NCBI GenBank assembly: GCA_944371315.1
Contig: CALVXN010000002.1
Coordinates: 1,046-65,045 of the forward strand
DNA: 64,000 bases
From: an uncultured Bacilli bacterium
GTDB taxonomy: Bacteria; Bacillota_I; Bacilli_A; RF39; UBA660
Reading direction: 5' to 3'
Position numbers and translations under genes: made by a program. Shown here piece after piece: positions 30,986-39,455 of the stretch (position 1 is its first letter; every line of letters starts with the position of its first letter). Below the pieces are notes generated by a model that ran no database searches, had not been told where the DNA came from, and saw nothing but the letters and a program-made list of their open reading frames with translations.

Positions 30986-31003
30986 ATTTTTCAATAGTTT
31001 TTA
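30973..31003 (+). terminator. Intrinsic terminator after tatD
   Basis: AACTATTGA / TCAATAGTT stem spanning the stop codon, followed by a T-run. Confidence 0.6.
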
Positions 31004-31059
31004 TTTATTTTATAATATTTTTAATTTATAATATAATTTACATTTTGGAGGGAAAAAAT

Positions 31060-31980
31060 ATGTATGATCAAAAAATAAAAGATGGAGTAATAAAAAGAGT
31101 AATGCTAGGGGAATTAATTAAAGATGTTAGTGAAGATACAGGAGTATCTATTGGAACTATTAGAAGATGGGTAAAAGAATACAAAGAAAAAATGGACAGT
31201 AATTCTAAAAGTATAACTGATAGTGAAAAAGGTTTTTTGCAATTGGTTTTAGATGAAGATAATTTGCTAGTTAATGTTGATAGGTTAGCAAGTGAAGGAC
31301 TATTAGATGATGTTTTAAAATTATTTGATAATGAAGAATTTAAATATAATGCTAATATGCAAATAATGAGAATTAACATTTTAATTAACTTAGATAGATT
31401 GGAAGAAGCTTTATGTTTATGTGAAAGTTTAGAATTTTTAAAGGATAAAGAAATTAGGTTGCTACAAAGAAGAATACTCAATATGATGCTTAATAAAAAA
31501 AGAATGCAACTTAAAATGGATTTAATAAGAGTTCTTAAATACAAATTAGATAGCCAACAAGATATTGAATCAAGTGAAATGCCGATAGAATCTGATAATA
31601 AAGTTAAAAAAGCAAATTCAACAAGTATATTATTTGAAATATATAATAATAAAATTTTAACTCAATGTGATTTAGCTTCAATAAATATTAATGATTTAGA
31701 ACGGGTAATACTAACTGTAGCTTTATACGATAAACAAAACTTACCTTTAAATATATTGTTCAAATATTTAAAAGAGAAGTTAGTTGAATACAGTGAAGAA
31801 GAGGAAATATTTAAATTAATTCAAAGTTTGTTTTTAAAAATGAAATCAAAAAGGAGAATATTTGATTTGGAGCATTATAAGAATTTGCTAGTAAGTGTGA
31901 GAAAATATAGGCATATAATTAGTGAAGCAAAAGATAGTTCTTTAGCAAGAAAAAAACCAAACGGTGATAATAATGTATAG
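31060..31980 (+). CDS. HTH (IS3 OrfA-like) protein with a few 32-residue helical repeats and a conserved C-terminal domain; paralogue of the next gene
   Basis: ORF 31045..31980. ATG at 31060 follows GGAGGG. The N-terminus MYDQKIKDGVIKRVMLGE..TGVSIGTIRRWVKEYKE and the C-terminus VALYDKQNLPLN...MKSKRRIFDLEHYKNLL both align with the product of 31973..33625. Confidence 0.7.
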   Translation: MYDQKIKDGVIKRVMLGELIKDVSEDTGVSIGTIRRWVKEYKEKMDSNSKSITDSEKGFLQLVLDEDNLLVNVDRLASEGLLDDVLKLFDNEEFKYNANMQIMRINILINLDRLEEALCLCESLEFLKDKEIRLLQRRILNMMLNKKRMQLKMDLIRVLKYKLDSQQDIESSEMPIESDNKVKKANSTSILFEIYNNKILTQCDLASININDLERVILTVALYDKQNLPLNILFKYLKEKLVEYSEEEEIFKLIQSLFLKMKSKRRIFDLEHYKNLLVSVRKYRHIISEAKDSSLARKKPNGDNNV

Positions 31981-33625
31981 TCAAGAAATTAAACAAATGG
32001 TTTTAAAAAGGATAAAAAATGGTGAAAAAGTTAAAAGTATAAATGCTAATACTGGTATTTCTATTGCAACTATTTACAGATGGGTTAAGGAAGAAAAATT
32101 AGAAAGTAATAATATAGCGACTCCTTTTGATGAGTTATCTGATGTTGAATTATTACAGAAATATTGTAATATTAATGATTTAGATAATGCCTTAAATATT
32201 TGTTTGGATCCTAAAAATAAAAACAATCCAATAATTCAATCGCAACATGTAAAAATTTTAATAATGAAAAGCGGTTTATACGATGCTTTAGCAATATGTG
32301 AGCAGCCGTTGTTTTTAACTGATAATGTAATTCAGTCACAACGCATAAGTATTTTAGTAATGCAAAATAGAATATGTGATGCCTTAGCAATATGTGAAAA
32401 TCCTATTTTTGAGAAAAATGATAGCATACAAACTCAACATATAAAAATTTTAATAAAAAAAGGTAAAATTGATGAAGCATTGAAAATGTGTGAACGTTTA
32501 GAGTTTGCAGATTATCCTTTAATCCAATCTATACGAATAAAAATTTTAATGCTTAAAGATCGTTTGATGGAAGCTTTAGCAATAAGTGAGCGACCATTGT
32601 TTTTAACTGATAGTGTAATTCAGTCACAACGCATAAGTATTTTAGTAATGAAAAATAGAATATGCGATGCCTTAGCAATATGTGAAAATCCTATTTTTGA
32701 GAAAAATGATAGCATACAAACTCAACATATAAAAATTTTAATAAAAAAAGGTAAAATTGATGAAGCATTGAAAATGTGTGAACGTTTAGAGTTTGCAGAT
32801 TATCCTTTAATCCAATCTATACGAATAAAAATTTTAATGCTTAAAGATCGTTTGATGGAAGCTTTAGCAATAAGTGAGCGACCATTGTTTTTAACTGATG
32901 ATGTAATCCAATCCCAACGTATATGTATTTTAGATAAACAAAGTAGAATAGTAAAAGCTTTAGAACTATGTGAAAATCCTATTTTTGAAAAAAAATATAA
33001 TGTTCAATCTCAACATATAAAAATCTTAATAGAACTAGGTAGGATTGAAGATGCTTTAAAAATATGTGAACGTTCAGAGTTTGTAAATAATCCTCGCATT
33101 CAATCCCAACGAATAGAAATTTTAATTAATAAAGGTAATTATAAAATGGCTTTAATGATATGCGAAAATCCTCTTTTAAGTGAAGACATTGTTATTAAAA
33201 GGCAAAAAGGAAAAATAATAGCTTTAATGCAATCTCCTTTTTATATATCATCCGCAGAAAATTTAACTTTAAAACCTATGGATATAAAAATTTCTTTATC
33301 GTTGCTTGAAGCAATAAAAAAAGATGAAATTTTATCTCCATCTGAAATTGATAATTGTGAAATTCATGATATAGTAAAAATTATTTTAATAGTTGCTTTG
33401 TATGATAAACAAAACATGTCTTTGAATGTTGTATTAAGATTCTTAAAACAAAAGATGGAAAAATATAAGTCAATAAGTCAATATTTAAGAATTATTCAAC
33501 AATTACTTTTAAGAATGAAGTCTAAAAGAATAATATTTGATTCAGAGTATTATAAAACTTTATTAAATAGTCTTTTAAGGGGTAAAATAGATGAGAAATC
33601 ATTACGCCGTTGTAAGCCAAATTAG
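31973..33625 (+). CDS. HTH (IS3 OrfA-like) protein with about ten tandem 32-residue helical repeats
   Basis: ORF 31964..33625. The ATG at 31973 overlaps the upstream stop (ATGTATAG). The repeat unit is IQSQRIxILxxxxRxxxALxICExPxFxxxxx. The C-terminal domain is shared with the product of 31060..31980. Confidence 0.75.
   Translation: MYSQEIKQMVLKRIKNGEKVKSINANTGISIATIYRWVKEEKLESNNIATPFDELSDVELLQKYCNINDLDNALNICLDPKNKNNPIIQSQHVKILIMKSGLYDALAICEQPLFLTDNVIQSQRISILVMQNRICDALAICENPIFEKNDSIQTQHIKILIKKGKIDEALKMCERLEFADYPLIQSIRIKILMLKDRLMEALAISERPLFLTDSVIQSQRISILVMKNRICDALAICENPIFEKNDSIQTQHIKILIKKGKIDEALKMCERLEFADYPLIQSIRIKILMLKDRLMEALAISERPLFLTDDVIQSQRICILDKQSRIVKALELCENPIFEKKYNVQSQHIKILIELGRIEDALKICERSEFVNNPRIQSQRIEILINKGNYKMALMICENPLLSEDIVIKRQKGKIIALMQSPFYISSAENLTLKPMDIKISLSLLEAIKKDEILSPSEIDNCEIHDIVKIILIVALYDKQNMSLNVVLRFLKQKMEKYKSISQYLRIIQQLLLRMKSKRIIFDSEYYKTLLNSLLRGKIDEKSLRRCKPN
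32309..33172 (+). repeat. Three tandem 288-bp units (each equals three 32-codon repeats); units 1 and 2 are nearly identical
   Basis: I count 3 mismatches between 32309..32596 and 32597..32884. Unit 3 (32885..33172) is clearly diverged. Confidence 0.9.
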
Positions 33626-33653
33626 CCTTTTTTTGGTAAAATAAGCATGTATT

Positions 33654-33682
33654 TTGACAAATATATACGCTAATGCTATAAT
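33654..33682 (+). promoter_or_regulatory. Consensus SigA-type promoter
   Basis: TTGACA (33654..33659), a 17-bp spacer, then TATAAT (33677..33682). Confidence 0.75.
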
Positions 33683-33712
33683 TTATTTATCCAATTGAGG
33701 TGGATGTATTAT

Positions 33713-34240
33713 ATGAAAAATATAGGTTACTTTACTAAAATTTTATTAATAATGGTTGTTTTAATTATTGCTAAAAGTAGTAGTAATGTTAATGTTGCTA
33801 AGGTAGAAAATGAAAATGTAAATAAAACTATTAATCTATCTACTATGGCATTAAAAGTTGATGAAATTGAAGAAAATATAAAATGGAGTGCTATTGATAC
33901 ATATACTGGTGATTTAACTGGTTATGTGTATAATTGTCCTTTGTGTAATGGGACGCTTGCTTGTAAGTCAAGTTATGATATTACTGATGGTAAAAATACA
34001 TATTATGATTCAGAATATGGAGAAGTATATATTGTTGCATCTAGTAAAAATTTACCATGTGGTTCAATAGTTAGTTTTTATAGTAATAGAATTTCTAATG
34101 AAAAAGTTGTTGCAATAGTTTTAGATAGAGGAGTAACGGGAAATGCACTTGATTTTTTATCTCCAAGTCTTAGTTATGCATATGACCAAATAGGTAGAAG
34201 TTCTATTACATATGACGTTTTAAGGAGCGGGTGGGAATAA
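33713..34240 (+). CDS. Secreted or membrane-anchored 3D-domain (DPBB-fold, YabE/MltA-like) protein
   Basis: ORF 33695..34240. ATG at 33713 follows GAGGTGG. There is an N-terminal hydrophobic anchor. The C-terminal AIVLDRGVTGNALDFL resembles the 3D-domain DxGxxIxGxxxD pattern. It occupies the yabE position before rsmA. Confidence 0.6.
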   Translation: MKNIGYFTKILLIMVVLIIAKSSSNVNVAKVENENVNKTINLSTMALKVDEIEENIKWSAIDTYTGDLTGYVYNCPLCNGTLACKSSYDITDGKNTYYDSEYGEVYIVASSKNLPCGSIVSFYSNRISNEKVVAIVLDRGVTGNALDFLSPSLSYAYDQIGRSSITYDVLRSGWE

Positions 34241-34258
34241 ATCCTACCTGAATTTTTT

Positions 34259-35041
34259 ATGAAAGCAAAAAAGAGTTTAGGTCAAAATTTTTTAATTGAT
34301 GAAACTATAATTAATAATATTGTAGAACAGATTAATGCAAACGAGGATGATTTAATAATTGAAATTGGCCCTGGACGAGGAGCACTAACTAAAATGCTAA
34401 TTGGTAAAAAATCTCATTATATAGGTTATGAGATTGATAATGAGCTAATTCCTATTTTAAAAAAGTTTGTAGGCAATAAAATTGTTATAAAAAACCAAGA
34501 TTTTTTAGCTTCTGATTTAACTAATGATATTAAAAATATAACTTATAATAAATTATTTATTGTTGGCAACTTGCCATATTATATTACTACACCAATAATT
34601 GAACATATAATAAATTCTAAAATTAAATTTGAAAAATTAGTAATTATGGTTCAAAAGGAAGTGGCGAATAGATTTATGGCATCGTGTGGTGCAAAAGATT
34701 ATGGATACATGACCCTTTATTTAAAATACTATTTTGATATTTTTAAAGTTTGTGATGTTTCTAAATTTAGTTTTAATCCTGTTCCTAAGGTTGAAAGTTC
34801 TGTTCTTTCTTTTTCTATAAGAAAAAACAGACCTATTGTTGATGAAAATAAGTATTTTGAATTTTTAAAAGCTTGTTTTAAGCAAAAAAGAAAAACTTTA
34901 AAAAATAACATAGGCAATATAAAATTTGAAAAGATAAAAAAAATACTATTAAAAAATAATATAATGGAAAATGTTAGAGCAGAAGAAATAAATGAAGAAT
35001 TGTTTATTTTGTTATTTAATGAATTGAATAAAAATAATTAA
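34259..35041 (+). CDS. rsmA: 16S rRNA (adenine1518/1519-N6) dimethyltransferase
   Basis: KKSLGQNFLID, EIGPGRGALT and GNLPYYITTPI motifs. Confidence 0.95.
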   Translation: MKAKKSLGQNFLIDETIINNIVEQINANEDDLIIEIGPGRGALTKMLIGKKSHYIGYEIDNELIPILKKFVGNKIVIKNQDFLASDLTNDIKNITYNKLFIVGNLPYYITTPIIEHIINSKIKFEKLVIMVQKEVANRFMASCGAKDYGYMTLYLKYYFDIFKVCDVSKFSFNPVPKVESSVLSFSIRKNRPIVDENKYFEFLKACFKQKRKTLKNNIGNIKFEKIKKILLKNNIMENVRAEEINEELFILLFNELNKNN

Positions 35042-35074
35042 GAATTTTATTCAATTTTTTTTCATATATTTTTA

Positions 35075-35863
35075 ATGGTGATATATGTGCAGATTAAAAA
35101 AGGAGATCTAGTATCTAGAAATAGTTATAATAATGATACTGTTTTTAAGGTTATAAATATAGTTGATGGGGTTTGTTATTTAAAAGGAGTTGAGGTTCGA
35201 CTTTATGCTGATGCCCAAATGGACGATTTAAAATTGGAGACTGATGTAGTTGAAGCAGATGAAGTTGATAATATTGATATAAAAGATGAGTTATTAACAA
35301 GGGGAGATTATTTTTATTTGCCAGCTAAAGTATTACACATAGATGGTGATGAAGATTATTTAAATAGGTGTTTAAAATTTTATAAAAAAAATGGTATTTT
35401 TGCTATTGGGAAAAAAATAAACGAAAAAAATATTTGTGAGCAAATACAACTGCTTTTAAGAGAATACAAACCAGATATAGTTATAATTACTGGACATGAT
35501 GCTTATTTGAAAAAAAGAGGAGATATTAATGACTTAAATAATTATAAAAACTCTGGTTATTTTGTTAAAGCAGTAAAGGCAGCTAGAAATTATGAAAAAA
35601 GTCATGAAAAATTAGTAATTATTGCAGGTGCCTGTCAAAGTAATTATGAAGAATTAATTAAGGCTGGTGCTAATTTTGCTTCTAGTCCAAAAAGGATTAA
35701 TATTCATGCATTAGATCCAGCAATTATAGCAAGCACTATTTCATTAACTGAAAGAAATAAAGAAATTGATTTAGTTAAACTACTTGAAAAAACAAAATAT
35801 AAAGAAGATGGTATGGGGGGAATTATGTGTAATGGGCTTATGTATGTTGGGTATCCAAGGTAA
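35075..35863 (+). CDS. yabG: Sporulation-specific protease YabG (peptidase U57)
   Basis: IKKGDLVSRNSYNNDTVFKVINI aligns with B. subtilis YabG FQIGDMVARKSYQMDVLFRIIGI. ITGHDA and GACQS motifs are present. GTG at 35087 is a possible alternative start. Confidence 0.8.
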   Translation: MVIYVQIKKGDLVSRNSYNNDTVFKVINIVDGVCYLKGVEVRLYADAQMDDLKLETDVVEADEVDNIDIKDELLTRGDYFYLPAKVLHIDGDEDYLNRCLKFYKKNGIFAIGKKINEKNICEQIQLLLREYKPDIVIITGHDAYLKKRGDINDLNNYKNSGYFVKAVKAARNYEKSHEKLVIIAGACQSNYEELIKAGANFASSPKRINIHALDPAIIASTISLTERNKEIDLVKLLEKTKYKEDGMGGIMCNGLMYVGYPR

Positions 35864-35871
35864 GGTGTTTA

Positions 35872-36084
35872 ATGAATATTAATTTGGTAAAAGAAGAAAT
35901 AAGCAAAAAAATGAATTCTAAAGTAATTGTATCTGTTTTTGGGCTTAGAAATAGAGTTACTAGATATGAAGGAATTATATATAAAATATATCCTAATTTA
36001 TTTACTGTTTTAATAAATGGTGAAGAAAAAAGTTTTACTTATGGAGATTTAATAACAGGGGATGTAAAATTAAAATATTTGTAG
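35872..36084 (+). CDS. veg: Veg protein (DUF1021)
   Basis: 70 aa. The RYEGIIYKIYPNLFTV pattern and the yabG-veg synteny support the call. Confidence 0.8.
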   Translation: MNINLVKEEISKKMNSKVIVSVFGLRNRVTRYEGIIYKIYPNLFTVLINGEEKSFTYGDLITGDVKLKYL

Positions 36085-36142
36085 ATTTTTGTTGCAAATT
36101 TAATTTTTTTAAATTAAAATAATATATATAAGGAGATTGTAT

Positions 36143-36418
36143 ATGGAAATCACAAGGTTAGACATTTATTTAAGAGAAAAAGAAGGATCAAAACTTAAAG
36201 CTTTTGTAGACTTTACTTTGGATGATTGTTTAGCTATTAAAGGTGCTAAAATTATTGAAGGTAATAGTAGATTGTTTGTTTCTATGCCTGGTAAAATGAA
36301 TAAACATGGTAAAGAAGAAAATGTAGTTTTTCCTACTAATAAAGAAACAAGAGATAAATTTGAAAAAGTTATATTAGATGCTTATAATAAAAAAATTGAA
36401 GAAAATAAAGTCAATTAA
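36143..36418 (+). CDS. spoVG: Regulator SpoVG
   Basis: MEITRLDIYLREKEGSKLKAFVDFTLDDCLAIKGAKIIEG is the typical SpoVG N-terminus. ATG at 36143 follows AAGGAG. Confidence 0.9.
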   Translation: MEITRLDIYLREKEGSKLKAFVDFTLDDCLAIKGAKIIEGNSRLFVSMPGKMNKHGKEENVVFPTNKETRDKFEKVILDAYNKKIEENKVN

Positions 36419-36456
36419 TATTGATTTTTATTTTTTTTTGTAAATAAATTTTTTGC

Positions 36457-36485
36457 TTGACATATAATTATACATATGGTAGAAT
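36457..36485 (+). promoter_or_regulatory. Near-consensus SigA promoter with an extended -10
   Basis: TTGACA (36457..36462), a 17-bp spacer ending in TGG, then TAGAAT (36480..36485). Confidence 0.7.
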
Positions 36486-36516
36486 TTTTTTTGCTGCTTA
36501 AAAAGGAGAGATTATA

Positions 36517-36984
36517 ATGTTAATAAGCAAAATAAAATACGTATATGAAAATGGTAAATTAATTGGTGTTAAAATTCTTACTTTTAATGGTGAAGGTTTT
36601 TCAATTAAAGAAGTATATGTTGGAATACAACTTGATATAAATGATGTTTTATCTAATCCTGAAGTTGCTGAAAAAATGGGTATTGGTGATATTAACACTT
36701 TTTGCCGTAGATATAATGCTTGTTTAGCTCAAGGTATAGTTTATTTTCCACAATCTGGAACTTATTCATTTATGGATGGTAGAGATGAAATATTGCCTTG
36801 GAATGAAGAAATTAATGTTGAAGAACAATTAGCTAATGTTATTTTACCATATAAAGAAACACAAGTTAACGATGAAACATTTATGCGTGAAGTAGATAAT
36901 GCTTTTGATCCAGAAGATCCATTAATTGAAATGCTAGGAATTGAAAATTCATCATTAACATTAAGTAGAGTTTCTGAACGATAA
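36517..36984 (+). CDS. Hypothetical acidic 155-aa protein (orphan)
   Basis: Strong RBS AAAGGAGAG plus its own promoter and terminator. No recognisable motif. Confidence 0.6.
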   Translation: MLISKIKYVYENGKLIGVKILTFNGEGFSIKEVYVGIQLDINDVLSNPEVAEKMGIGDINTFCRRYNACLAQGIVYFPQSGTYSFMDGRDEILPWNEEINVEEQLANVILPYKETQVNDETFMREVDNAFDPEDPLIEMLGIENSSLTLSRVSER

Positions 36985-37010
36985 CTATTTTCATAGTTAT
37001 TTTTTTTTCG
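36984..37010 (+). terminator. Intrinsic terminator
   Basis: AACTAT-TTTC-ATAGTT hairpin followed by a T9 run. Confidence 0.65.
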
Positions 37011-37036
37011 CATATAATTTTATTGAAGGAGAATAT

Positions 37037-37315
37037 ATGGAAGGATTAAATTTTGGAAGTCAAGAAGTAAAAATGATTGATAGAAGTAATATATCCTTAA
37101 GTGGAGTTAATAAAATTGTAAGTTTTGATGATGAAGAATTTTTAATGGAAACAACTGTTGGTAATCTCCAATTATTAGGTGAAGGATTAGAATTGTTAAA
37201 ATTAGATACAAATGATGGAAATGTAAAGATAAAAGGTAAAATAAACTCTTTTTCATACATAGATGGTAAAATTAAAGAAAAACAAGAAAGTGTATTTAAT
37301 AAATTGTTTAAATAA
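37037..37315 (+). CDS. yabP: Sporulation protein YabP
   Basis: ISLSGVNKIVSFDDEEFLMETTVGNLQLLGEGLELLKLD is the typical YabP pattern. Confidence 0.8.
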   Translation: MEGLNFGSQEVKMIDRSNISLSGVNKIVSFDDEEFLMETTVGNLQLLGEGLELLKLDTNDGNVKIKGKINSFSYIDGKIKEKQESVFNKLFK

Positions 37316-37623
37316 TGAATAGTTATATTCAAGTTTTATCTTTTACTTTTTCTTTTTCCTATGGTATATTTTTTTATTTAGCGTCATTGTTAAATAAAAC
37401 TATTTTAAATAAAAAATCGAATATAACCCAAATATTTATTACTTTAATTTTTATAATTGATATTGTTATTTTATATATTTACTTGATGTATAAAATAAAT
37501 AATGGAAAATTTCATATTTATTTTATAATTTCAATGATATTAGGCTATATGTTTATGATGTTTAATAAAGATAAGCTATATCATTTTTGTAAAAAAAATG
37601 TAAACAAGTTAAAAAAACATTAG
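37315..37623 (+). CDS. yabQ: Spore cortex biosynthesis protein YabQ-like membrane protein
   Basis: Small 3-4 TM protein, translationally coupled to yabP (TAATG overlap). The call rests mainly on synteny. Confidence 0.6.
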   Translation: MNSYIQVLSFTFSFSYGIFFYLASLLNKTILNKKSNITQIFITLIFIIDIVILYIYLMYKINNGKFHIYFIISMILGYMFMMFNKDKLYHFCKKNVNKLKKH

Positions 37624-37683
37624 ATTTATTAAAAATCAATGTTTTTTTTGTTATAATTTATGTGATAAATTAGGGGCGATATT

Positions 37684-37974
37684 TTGAAAAAGACAAAAAA
37701 AGAAAAAAAACGTTTATTTTTAATCTCTATTCTTTTGTGTGCTATGTTAGGAATTTTAATTAATTCAGTAGCAAGGGATTGGGTAGAAATTCTAGATAAT
37801 AATTCTCAAATAAAATCTTTAGAAGATGAATATTCAAATTTATTAACCGAAGAAGAAAAGCTAAAAAGTGATGTAACTAAATTGCAAGATTCTGATTATA
37901 TAGCTAGATATGCAAAAGAAAAGTTTTTGTATTCTCAAGAAGGGGATTTAATTATTAGAATGGATGAAAATTAA
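37684..37974 (+). CDS. divIC: Septum formation initiator DivIC/FtsB family
   Basis: TTG start, an N-terminal basic region plus a single TM segment, then a coiled coil ([24 protein letters not shown]) and [11 protein letters not shown]. Confidence 0.75.
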   Translation: MKKTKKEKKRLFLISILLCAMLGILINSVARDWVEILDNNSQIKSLEDEYSNLLTEEEKLKSDVTKLQDSDYIARYAKEKFLYSQEGDLIIRMDEN

Positions 37975-38549
37975 ATTTCATTTTTATCTATAATTTTATC
38001 TATAATGCCATAATCTAATGCTTCTTTAGCACTTAAAAAATTATCTCGTTCTGTATCTTTAGTTATTTTTTCGTATGTTTGTTTTGTATTACTTGCTAAT
38101 ATTTTGTTTAATTTTTCTTTAAGTTTTATTATTCTTTCAGCTGCTATTTTTATGTCAGTTGCTTGTCCTTGTGCTCCTCCAAGTGGTTGATGTATCATTA
38201 TTTCTGTATTAGGTAGAGCATATCTTTTATGTCCACTTGATAAAATAAATGCCGCCATACTTGCACACATTCCTAAGCCTATAGTTATTACATTACTTTT
38301 AATAAAGTTCATAGTATCATAAATACTCATTCCTGACGTTATTGAACCTCCAGGGCTATTAATATAAATATATATATCTTCATTATTAATATTATCTAAA
38401 TATAATAATTCACTTATTACGATATTTGCTAGAGAATCATTTATTTCTCCACTTAAAAAAATAATTCTATCTTTTAACATTCGTGAGTATAAATCATATG
38501 CATATTCTTTATTACTTGTTTTTTCTATTATAGTTGGAATTATGTTCAA
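37971..38549 (-). CDS. clpP: ATP-dependent Clp protease proteolytic subunit
   Basis: [22 protein letters not shown], catalytic [13 protein letters not shown] and TERD motifs. Its stop codon overlaps the divIC stop (TTAA). Confidence 0.95.
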   Translation of the reverse strand: MNIIPTIIEKTSNKEYAYDLYSRMLKDRIIFLSGEINDSLANIVISELLYLDNINNEDIYIYINSPGGSITSGMSIYDTMNFIKSNVITIGLGMCASMAAFILSSGHKRYALPNTEIMIHQPLGGAQGQATDIKIAAERIIKLKEKLNKILASNTKQTYEKITKDTERDNFLSAKEALDYGIIDKIIDKNEI

Positions 38550-38655
38550 ATTTAATCACCTAAATAAATAATAGTGTTTTTTAAAAAAATTATTCATATT
38601 TTGTTTTATTTTTTAGGCTTTTATATGTTATAATTTAAAATAGGAGGGATAAAAC

Positions 38656-39444
38656 ATGGGCGTAAAAATAGATATTCTTGAAATTTTAAGACAAAAAGAC
38701 AGATTAGATGATGTTAATGCAGAAGTTGCATCAACACTTTCAAAGGTGGATACCGAACTAAATAATTGCTGCACTAATTTAACTGGTGGTGGAACAGCAT
38801 TGGAAGTTTCTGTAGCTAGTTTAATTTCTGTGAATTCTTCTGTTACTGAGAAGTTGAAAAAAGCTATCCCAAAATTGATTACTTTTATGGATACTCAAAT
38901 GGAATCATATAATGTATCTTTGACTGAAGCTAATAACGAACTTAATCAATTAGTTAGTATATTAAAAGCAACTTTTGAAAGCGATGGGGATATAACTAGA
39001 ACTTATAAAGAAGCTAATAGATATATTAATTTACCTAGTGGTAATGAAATAGTAGATAATGCTATGCAATATGTTGGTGGAAGTTATGTTTATGGTGGTA
39101 ATACTTTAACTGAGGATGGTGGCGTAGATTGTTCGGCTTTTACTAAGGAAATATATGAAAAATACGGTTATGATTTAGATCGAACTGCTGGAGAACAAGT
39201 TTCACAAGGAGATATTGTTGATATTTCTGGTGGAAATTATGAAAATTTACAACCTGGAGATTTAATCTTTTATGGTTCAATTAATAATCCGGGCCATGTT
39301 GCTATTTATGCAGGAAATGGACAAATTGTTCATGCTGCAACATCTACAAGAGGAATATGTACTAATGACATGTTATGGGAGGGAACTCCATGTGCAGCAA
39401 GACGTATAATAGGTAGTGAAAATGTTACAGTTATAGAAGAATAG
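38656..39444 (+). CDS. Signal-peptide-less NlpC/P60 peptidoglycan endopeptidase with a ~105-aa helical N-terminal (LXG/WXG-like) module
   Basis: By my manual alignment, about three quarters of the residues in the N-module MGVKIDILEILRQKDRL..NCCTNLTGGGTALEV.. are identical to 43574..44470. The C-terminus has NlpC/P60 motifs: GGVDCSAFT (Cys) and PGHVAIYAGNGQIVHA (His). Confidence 0.75.
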   Translation: MGVKIDILEILRQKDRLDDVNAEVASTLSKVDTELNNCCTNLTGGGTALEVSVASLISVNSSVTEKLKKAIPKLITFMDTQMESYNVSLTEANNELNQLVSILKATFESDGDITRTYKEANRYINLPSGNEIVDNAMQYVGGSYVYGGNTLTEDGGVDCSAFTKEIYEKYGYDLDRTAGEQVSQGDIVDISGGNYENLQPGDLIFYGSINNPGHVAIYAGNGQIVHAATSTRGICTNDMLWEGTPCAARRIIGSENVTVIEE

Positions 39445-39455
39445 AAGGGATAAAA

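Noticed and set aside
31060-32100. IS3 OrfA-like HTH N-termini might indicate an insertion sequence
   Set aside because: No DDE/RNase-H-like transposase ORF, no programmed frameshift site and no terminal inverted repeats. The HTH is fused to repeat and C-terminal domains, so I treat it as a domesticated DNA-binding domain.
37971-37974. Convergent divIC and clpP stop codons overlap (TTAA) with no terminator between them
   Set aside because: This is real in the sequence, but it is a common compaction feature in small AT-rich genomes. No specific function can be inferred.
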